DNA from: a virus
Lineage: Duplodnaviria > Caudoviricetes
Direction: 5' to 3' (one strand)
Length of the DNA: 49,651 nt
Virus record (IMG/VR): IMGVR_UViG_3300025018_000200
Location: 1 to 49,651 of that record
Shown: in pieces, positions 44,799 to 49,651 of the stretch
Layout of the letters: each line of letters opens with the position of its first letter
Numbering within the stretch: the stretch's first letter is position 1
Notes under the pieces: generated by a model
What the model saw: the letters and a program-made list of their open reading frames with translations, nothing else
Told to the model about the DNA's origin: nothing
The model's database searches: none
Position numbers and translations under genes: made by a program

Positions 44799-44874
44799 TC
44801 GACTCGGGCCCTCCGGGGCCCTATCTTGCCGCCGGACCAACCGGCGCACGGGCCCACCTATCGGGCCCAGAAGG
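44793..44874 (+). promoter_or_regulatory. Triple-hairpin element, copy 2
   Basis: AACTGATCGAC-tc-GGGCCC tccg GGGCCC-TATCTTGC-CGCCGG accaa CCGGCG-CAC-GGGCCC acctatc GGGCCC-AGAAGG; ATG at 44883. Confidence 0.85.
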
Positions 44875-44882
44875 AGATCGCC

Positions 44883-45155
44883 ATGAAGGTCTACATCGTC
44901 TCGCCCGGGCACGACTATGAAGGTCTCGGCGCGCCGCTGTGCGCTTGCGCCTCCCTGGAGGCAGCACAGGCCGTTGTGGCCGCGCATGAGGCCGCTGACG
45001 CCGCCATGAACGCCTGGGAGGCTGACCGCCCCTGGCCGCTGCGTCACGACGAGCCCGTGAGCGACGAGCGCATCGCCGCGTGGCGGGCCCGGCAGCCCGC
45101 CCTCAACGTCGGCGCGGACGCCTACGAGATCACCGCCCTGGAGGTCCTGGAATGA
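44883..45155 (+). CDS. Early hypothetical protein (MKVYIVSPGHDYEG...)
   Basis: AAGGAG RBS; YEITALEV end typical of small phage proteins. Confidence 0.7.
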   Translation: MKVYIVSPGHDYEGLGAPLCACASLEAAQAVVAAHEAADAAMNAWEADRPWPLRHDEPVSDERIAAWRARQPALNVGADAYEITALEVLE

Positions 45156-45442
45156 TCAAGCACACCGTCTACGTCCCCGCCCACCTGGCCGAGAAGGCCC
45201 GCGATATCGCCCTGGCGCACGCCGGGGGCGTCACCCTGAGCCCCGGCCACCAGGGCTACTGGCGCGACGACGCTGGCACCCTGCACGTCGACGACATCAC
45301 CCTGGTGACCGTCTTTGAGCGCCTCACCCCCGCCCTGGACCGTATCATCGCGCTCCTCCTCGACTCCGGCGAGCAGTCGGTGGCGTACGAGGTCGGCGGC
45401 ATCCCGTTCCTGACGACCATCCGCCCGGAGGTGCGCTACTGA
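45152..45442 (+). CDS. Putative SAM-lyase-like (SAMase/DUF3574-like) protein
   Basis: GGVT...GYWRDDAGTLHVDDITLV...GEQSVAYEV; ATG at 45152. Confidence 0.45.
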   Translation: MIKHTVYVPAHLAEKARDIALAHAGGVTLSPGHQGYWRDDAGTLHVDDITLVTVFERLTPALDRIIALLLDSGEQSVAYEVGGIPFLTTIRPEVRY

Positions 45443-45705
45443 TGCGGAAGCCTGCGAAGACCACGCCGGTCGCCGTCTGGCCGGACGGGACCACGTCCCA
45501 CGTCACCCGTCGGGGCGGGTTCTGGATGCTCTGGCTGCCCAACGGGCAGCAGCACGGGTCGAGCGACATGCTCGGCGTCAAGGACAACGTCGCCGCCCAC
45601 GGCGGCACGCTGGAGCGGCGTCCGAACCCGCACTACGCCCACCAGCTGCGCGAGTACGAGAACGCCCAGCTGCGCCGGATGTTCGCACCCTACTTCCGCT
45701 TCTGA
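45442..45705 (+). CDS. Early hypothetical protein
   Basis: TGATG coupling; GGAGG RBS. Confidence 0.65.
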   Translation: MRKPAKTTPVAVWPDGTTSHVTRRGGFWMLWLPNGQQHGSSDMLGVKDNVAAHGGTLERRPNPHYAHQLREYENAQLRRMFAPYFRF

Positions 45706-45715
45706 AAGGAGCCCC

Positions 45716-45898
45716 ATGGACACCACCCTGACCACCGTGACGCTGCCCAAGGACCTGATCCCGTACCTCCTGGACATCCTGCAGCGCGAGCGTGAAGCTG
45801 TCACCGGGCATACCCGCCAAGAATACAAGACCCGCCACGAGCTGGACCTGCTGCTCGCCGAGTTCGACACGCCCGGCGTTGTGGACTGGGACAACTGA
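45716..45898 (+). CDS. Early hypothetical protein
   Basis: AAAGGAG RBS; its stop lies inside the AACTGATCGAC of element copy 3. Confidence 0.7.
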   Translation: MDTTLTTVTLPKDLIPYLLDILQREREAVTGHTRQEYKTRHELDLLLAEFDTPGVVDWDN

Positions 45899-45970
45899 TC
45901 GACCGGGGGCTCCGGCCCCCTATCTTGCGCCCGACCAACGGGCACGCCCCCACCTATCGGGGGCCGAAGG
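45893..45970 (+). promoter_or_regulatory. Triple-hairpin element, copy 3
   Basis: AACTGATCGAC-c-GGGGGC tccg GCCCCC-TATCTTGC-GCCCG accaa CGGGC-AC-GCCCCC acctatc GGGGGC-CGAAGG; ATG at 45979. Confidence 0.85.
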
Positions 45971-45978
45971 GACCGACC

Positions 45979-46080
45979 ATGACCGACCTCCAGACCCGCC
46001 AGATCGCCGACGCCTGGGGGGTCGACTTCGCGCAAGTCGTCACCCTGTCCGCCTTTCACCACCGAGAGGAGCACGACTGA
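45979..46080 (+). CDS. Small peptide (MTDLQTRQIADAWG..., 33 aa)
   Basis: ATG after the RBS of element copy 3; TGATG-coupled to the next gene. Confidence 0.55.
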   Translation: MTDLQTRQIADAWGVDFAQVVTLSAFHHREEHD

Positions 46081-46481
46081 TGCCCTACACCACCGTTCAC
46101 CCCAGCCACCGCATGCACGGCATCGTCAACGTCCCGGGCGAGCGCTGCCCCCATGGGGGGTTCGCCATCCACCGACAGCTGGGCGAGGCCCGCGACGCTG
46201 TCGAGCCCGATGGCAAGTGGGTCGTCTCCCACGAGCGCACCGGCTTCCAGGTCGCCGCCTTCGACGACCGCGCCCGGGCCCGCACCTTCGCTCGGGCAGC
46301 GCGCCGACTGGTCGATTACTTCGGGGACGCCGGGCGCTCGGGCGATCTCCGGCCCCTCCGCGAGCACCGCCTGTACCCGGCCCTCCGCAAGCTCACCGAG
46401 TACGCCAACCGCGAGTGGCGGGGCTACCGCTACAGCATCGAACGCAAGGTCGTCGACATCATCGAGGAGGCCCGCGCGTGA
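46080..46481 (+). CDS. Early hypothetical protein (MPYTTVHP...)
   Basis: GAGGAG RBS; FAIHR...KWVVSHERTG pattern. Confidence 0.7.
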   Translation: MPYTTVHPSHRMHGIVNVPGERCPHGGFAIHRQLGEARDAVEPDGKWVVSHERTGFQVAAFDDRARARTFARAARRLVDYFGDAGRSGDLRPLREHRLYPALRKLTEYANREWRGYRYSIERKVVDIIEEARA

Positions 46482-46666
46482 CCCGCACCGAAGTAAAGGA
46501 CACGCTGGACCGCCACGTCTACATGCTGCGCCAGCTGCTGTGGGAGCTGCAGGTCGGGACCCCCACCCCCAGCGCCGTGAAGGTGGCGACCCGGATCGAG
46601 GACGCCATCGACCTGCTCCGATCCGCCCGCCAGGACGCGACCATCATGACCGGGGTCCCGAAGTGA
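46478..46666 (+). CDS. Early hypothetical protein
   Basis: GTGA overlap; GGAGG RBS. Confidence 0.6.
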   Translation: MTRTEVKDTLDRHVYMLRQLLWELQVGTPTPSAVKVATRIEDAIDLLRSARQDATIMTGVPK

Positions 46667-46872
46667 GGGGCCGCGTCGGAGCCATCGAGGTCGTGGTGGT
46701 CTTCGTCGTCACCTTCGCCCTGGTCCTGATCTTCGGGCTCGCCACCCTGCCTGACGAGACCCCCGACCACTGCCCCGCGTTCGCTGCCGAGACCCTGCCC
46801 AACGGGGCCCTGGTGGTCTACCGGGACTGCGGGGACCACATCGTGACCGAGTACCCCTGGAGGGACGAATGA
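46663..46872 (+). CDS. Small membrane-anchored protein
   Basis: GTGA overlap; AIEVVVVFVVTFALVLIFGLA hydrophobic segment; two Cys. Confidence 0.6.
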   Translation: MRGRVGAIEVVVVFVVTFALVLIFGLATLPDETPDHCPAFAAETLPNGALVVYRDCGDHIVTEYPWRDE

Positions 46873-47129
46873 ACAGCAGCCTGACCGCCCACGTCTTCTA
46901 CGTCGCCGACCTGAGCGACGACCTGACCTTCACCGCCGACCAGACCGAGGTCGCGGAGGTCCTGCGCCACCTCGGGAAGGAGAGCCTGCTCCTCACCGGG
47001 GTGGCCCGGGGCATCTACTACCGCAGCGTCGGCGGCCACGACGGGCTCGACCCGGCGGAGATCGTCGAGGCGTACTTCGTCACCACCCCCACCCCCCGGG
47101 CATCCACCCGGGCGCACGAGCTGCTGTGA
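46869..47129 (+). CDS. Early hypothetical protein
   Basis: ATGA overlap; GGAGG RBS. Confidence 0.65.
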   Translation: MNSSLTAHVFYVADLSDDLTFTADQTEVAEVLRHLGKESLLLTGVARGIYYRSVGGHDGLDPAEIVEAYFVTTPTPRASTRAHELL

Positions 47130-47140
47130 AGGAGGCACCC

Positions 47141-47353
47141 GTGTTCGACATCGAGACCATCGAGCTGCTGCAGGACCTGGTGGAGCGGCGCATCACCAAC
47201 GTGTTGATGGAGAAGCGTGCTGCCCCCAGCCGCCCGGACTGGGCCCGACGCACCCTCCGGGAGATCGACGACGAGCTGCTCAAGCTCTACAACGCCGCCA
47301 AGGAGCTGCGCGTGGCCTGGGACGAGTTCGACATCGAGCAGGCGGTGGGCTGA
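47141..47353 (+). CDS. Early hypothetical coiled-coil protein
   Basis: GTG at 47141 after AAGGAGG (alternative start 47126). Confidence 0.65.
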   Translation: MFDIETIELLQDLVERRITNVLMEKRAAPSRPDWARRTLREIDDELLKLYNAAKELRVAWDEFDIEQAVG

Positions 47354-47712
47354 TGCCGGAGTACCGCATCACCGCCGACGTCCTCCTGAAGGACACCTAC
47401 GAGGGGGTCCAGGAGGGCTCGAGCGAGGCCGAGGCCCGGCGCCTGTTCGTCGAGCGCGTCAAGGCGGAGGACTTCGACGAGCACCCCGTGGTGCAGGTCC
47501 AGATCACTGGCATCTCCCGGCTCCCGGAGCGCAGCGCCCCCGATGACCTGTGGCGCCTGGAGCTGGCCACCCAGGTGAAGGGCGGCTCCCTGCTGGACAT
47601 CCAGACCGTCCGCGTCGACCGGCTCGCGGACACCATCAACCTCGCCCTGCGGAAGGGCCAGCGCGTCAACAGCCTGACCCCCCTCTTCTCCCCCTCCATG
47701 AACGGAGCCTGA
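47353..47712 (+). CDS. Early hypothetical protein
   Basis: TGATG coupling; GC3-rich. Confidence 0.65.
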   Translation: MPEYRITADVLLKDTYEGVQEGSSEAEARRLFVERVKAEDFDEHPVVQVQITGISRLPERSAPDDLWRLELATQVKGGSLLDIQTVRVDRLADTINLALRKGQRVNSLTPLFSPSMNGA

Positions 47713-47714
47713 CT

Positions 47715-47942
47715 ATGGGGTTCTACACGCAAGGCAAGGCACGCCAGCTGGGCGCGTGGAGCATGACCTCCCCCGCCGCCCCCCTCTGGGACCTCTCCAA
47801 GCGCGAGCTGATCGAGATCGCGCTGCACCTGGCCTCGCTCCTGACCGACGAGGACGACGCGGACGAGGCCCTGCGGAATGGGGCTGCCGCCCAGCGGGTC
47901 CTGGACGAGCGTTACGCCCTCAAGCGTGCGAAGCTGATCTGA
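47715..47942 (+). CDS. Early hypothetical protein (MGFYTQGKAR...)
   Basis: ATG at 47715 after GGAG. Confidence 0.65.
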   Translation: MGFYTQGKARQLGAWSMTSPAAPLWDLSKRELIEIALHLASLLTDEDDADEALRNGAAAQRVLDERYALKRAKLI

Positions 47943-48133
47943 TGGGCATCCTCCGTGACCTCGACCGCATCCGCGAGCTGTGCCCCGACACCCACCTGAC
48001 CCTGTTCTCACGCTGGGAGGACGTGATCGACCGCCTCCGGCGAGGGCATCCCCTCAAGGCTCAGGACCGAGAGGACCTGCGGATGGACGTCGACGACGCC
48101 CTCGGCGGGCTGATGGACGACGACCTGCTCTGA
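47942..48133 (+). CDS. Early hypothetical protein (MGILRDLDR...)
   Basis: TGATG coupling. Confidence 0.6.
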   Translation: MGILRDLDRIRELCPDTHLTLFSRWEDVIDRLRRGHPLKAQDREDLRMDVDDALGGLMDDDLL

Positions 48134-48137
48134 CCCC

Positions 48138-48179
48138 TTGACACGGGGCCCCCCGGTGTGAGCATACTGGGGGGTCCCC
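48138..48179 (+). promoter_or_regulatory. Internal promoter overlapped by an inverted repeat
   Basis: TTGACA-19 nt-CATACT; spacer and -10 lie inside GGGGCCCCCCGGTGTG/CATACTGGGGGGTCCCC; a second TTGACA at 48199. Confidence 0.5.
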
Positions 48180-48235
48180 GGAATCCGGGGAGCGCACCTT
48201 GACAACCGAATGAGTCGACCTGAAAGGAGGCCCTC

Positions 48236-48661
48236 ATGGGCCGATCCGTAGGCGTCCTCACCGACGCCATCGCAACCGTGTACGCCGGGGTCCAGCAGGA
48301 CGACCCTCCGGCCTACTACAACAGCTTCACCGACACGCTGCAGGAGGCCCTGCTCGAAGCCTTCCCCTCCATGATGGCCCCGCCCCTGCGACGTGGCTGG
48401 ATCGACCGGGAGGGCATCCTCCTCCTGGAGAACGCCCACGCCCGGGTCGTGGTCTACGAGTACCTGGACATCTGGTCCGTCAGCCTCGGGGTCGAGCCCC
48501 ACGCGGAGCGCCCCGGTCTGGCCGAGTCCTGGTGCCGGAAGAACGCTGAGCGATTCGTCTCCGTCGTTCGCACCGCCATCACCGACGTGGGGGGCACCCC
48601 CCTGGAGCGGCTCGGCGGGTTCTCGGACGGCACGTCCGTCTACCGGGAGGTGACCGCGTGA
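48236..48661 (+). CDS. Hypothetical protein
   Basis: AAAGGAGG RBS; GC3-rich. Confidence 0.75.
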   Translation: MGRSVGVLTDAIATVYAGVQQDDPPAYYNSFTDTLQEALLEAFPSMMAPPLRRGWIDREGILLLENAHARVVVYEYLDIWSVSLGVEPHAERPGLAESWCRKNAERFVSVVRTAITDVGGTPLERLGGFSDGTSVYREVTA

Positions 48662-48957
48662 GCCGCGTCGAGATCGTCGATCTCCATTGCCACAACCCCG
48701 CCTGCGCCCTGTTCAACCGTGAGCAGGAGTTCCGCTGGGCGCCCACCTGCTGGGAGCACCCCGGCGAGTGGGTGGACGAGCCCGAGTGCCGCTTCTGCTA
48801 CTCTGAGATGCACGAGCTGCCCATCGACGTGCAGGCTGTCGTCGAGGAGGCTGCTCAGCGCTTCAACGACGACTGGCTCGACTGGACCCCGGCTGACCGG
48901 GTGTTCTTCGCGGCGGTCACCGCCTACCTCGCCCACCTGGAGGACGACGGTGCTTGA
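48658..48957 (+). CDS. Cys-rich (putative Zn-binding) protein
   Basis: CHNPAC...CRFC; GTGA overlap; GGAGG RBS. Confidence 0.65.
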   Translation: MSRVEIVDLHCHNPACALFNREQEFRWAPTCWEHPGEWVDEPECRFCYSEMHELPIDVQAVVEEAAQRFNDDWLDWTPADRVFFAAVTAYLAHLEDDGA

Positions 48958-49246
48958 CAGCACGGGTGACGGGGAGTACATCGAGGCGCTGGAAGCCGAG
49001 GTCGAGCGGTTGCGGGCGCTCGTACCCACCGACGAAGAGAACGCCGAGGTCGTCAGGCTCAAGGAGGAGTACCTGCGCTTGCGTCAGCGCATCCCGGACC
49101 CGGACGACCTGCGGGCCTGCGTCCAGATGCTCACCTACAGCATCCGGGAGACCGACTTCGATGGCGATGGGAACCCCGGCGTGGTTGCCCTACGCGACCG
49201 CCTTCGCGCCACTCTACCGACGACGAAGGGAGAGGATGATGTCTGA
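48950..49246 (+). CDS. Hypothetical coiled-coil protein
   Basis: GTG at 48950 after GGAGG; YIEALEAEVERLR. Confidence 0.6.
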   Translation: MLDSTGDGEYIEALEAEVERLRALVPTDEENAEVVRLKEEYLRLRQRIPDPDDLRACVQMLTYSIRETDFDGDGNPGVVALRDRLRATLPTTKGEDDV

Positions 49247-49424
49247 GTTCGACATTGACCTGAGCGAGCGGGACCTGCGGCTGATCCGCGAGGCGCTGGC
49301 CGGGTACTTCCACAAGCAGGTCCGCACCATGCAGGATCCGAAGAAGTCGAGCGGCGTCAGGGACGCTGCCCGCAGCAAGAGCCTGAAGCTGTCCGACCTG
49401 ATCTCCAGGCTGGGGGACGACTGA
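49236..49424 (+). CDS. Hypothetical protein (MMSEFDIDLSERDL...)
   Basis: GGAGAGG RBS; coupled to the next gene. Confidence 0.6.
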   Translation: MMSEFDIDLSERDLRLIREALAGYFHKQVRTMQDPKKSSGVRDAARSKSLKLSDLISRLGDD

Positions 49425-49651
49425 TGGCACGCCTGAAGGTCTACCTCGTCGAACGCTCCGACCGCCCCGACTACGACGAATACGCCGGGTTCGTGGTGGT
49501 GGCTCGCTCCCCGAAGGATGCCCTGGGCTTCCACCCCGACGGGAACGAGCGTTCCGATGCGGTGAGCTACTGGGTCACCACCCCCGGGGCAATCGCCTCG
49601 TGTACGCTCGTCGGTTACGCGGCCCCTCGCGCCCAGCGCGGCGTGCTTCTC
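49424..49651 (+). CDS. Hypothetical protein spanning the circular junction (continues at 174-194)
   Basis: MARLKVYLVERSDRPDYDEYAGFVVVARS...RGVLLADFRAG*; open through the repeat, stop at 192-194. Confidence 0.75.
   Translation, partial: MARLKVYLVERSDRPDYDEYAGFVVVARSPKDALGFHPDGNERSDAVSYWVTTPGAIASCTLVGYAAPRAQRGVLL
49479..49651. repeat. Terminal direct repeat, right copy
   Basis: 173 nt matching 1-173 with two mismatches. Confidence 0.95.

Noticed and set aside
43470-45970. Repeat patch or triple-hairpin copies as a CRISPR array
   Set aside because: There is no constant repeat with uniform spacers, and the hairpin copies are separated by whole genes.
1-49651. Genome-wide stop codon reassignment
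   Set aside because: Core genes are intact under the standard code, and the tRNA anticodon is CTG, not CTA.

Overview
The window looks like a complete, circularly permuted genome of a high-GC (about 70%) tailed dsDNA phage with podovirus-like architecture. It has a 173-bp terminal direct repeat (1-173 vs 49479-49651, two mismatches), giving a unit length of about 49,478 bp. I found no integrase, repressor or partition genes, so it is probably lytic. Two divergent arms start from a low-GC non-coding control region (about 42.75-44.17 kb) and converge on a bidirectional terminator at 9.07-9.12 kb. The + arm carries many small early genes (one SAM-lyase-like), a Cas4-like exonuclease/Sak4/SSB recombination module, a minimal RNA ligase and a class II ribonucleotide reductase. 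The - arm carries tRNA-Gln(CTG), a primase-helicase, a UDG-like/family A DNA polymerase, terminase, a metallophosphoesterase, portal, scaffold, capsid, adaptors, a tail nozzle, fibres, a GH108 lysis cassette, a GNAT and three ejection proteins. Two features are the most unusual. (i) A triple-hairpin element with compensatory base changes occurs three times, each directly upstream of the RBS of an early gene block, and the first copy follows a roughly 330-nt hairpin-rich leader. (ii) A block of genes inside the virion operon has low-complexity N-termini joined to ADP-ribosyltransferase-like and HhH-glycosylase-like domains; these are candidate virion-packaged effectors. All protein calls come from motif recognition and gene order by eye, not from database searches.
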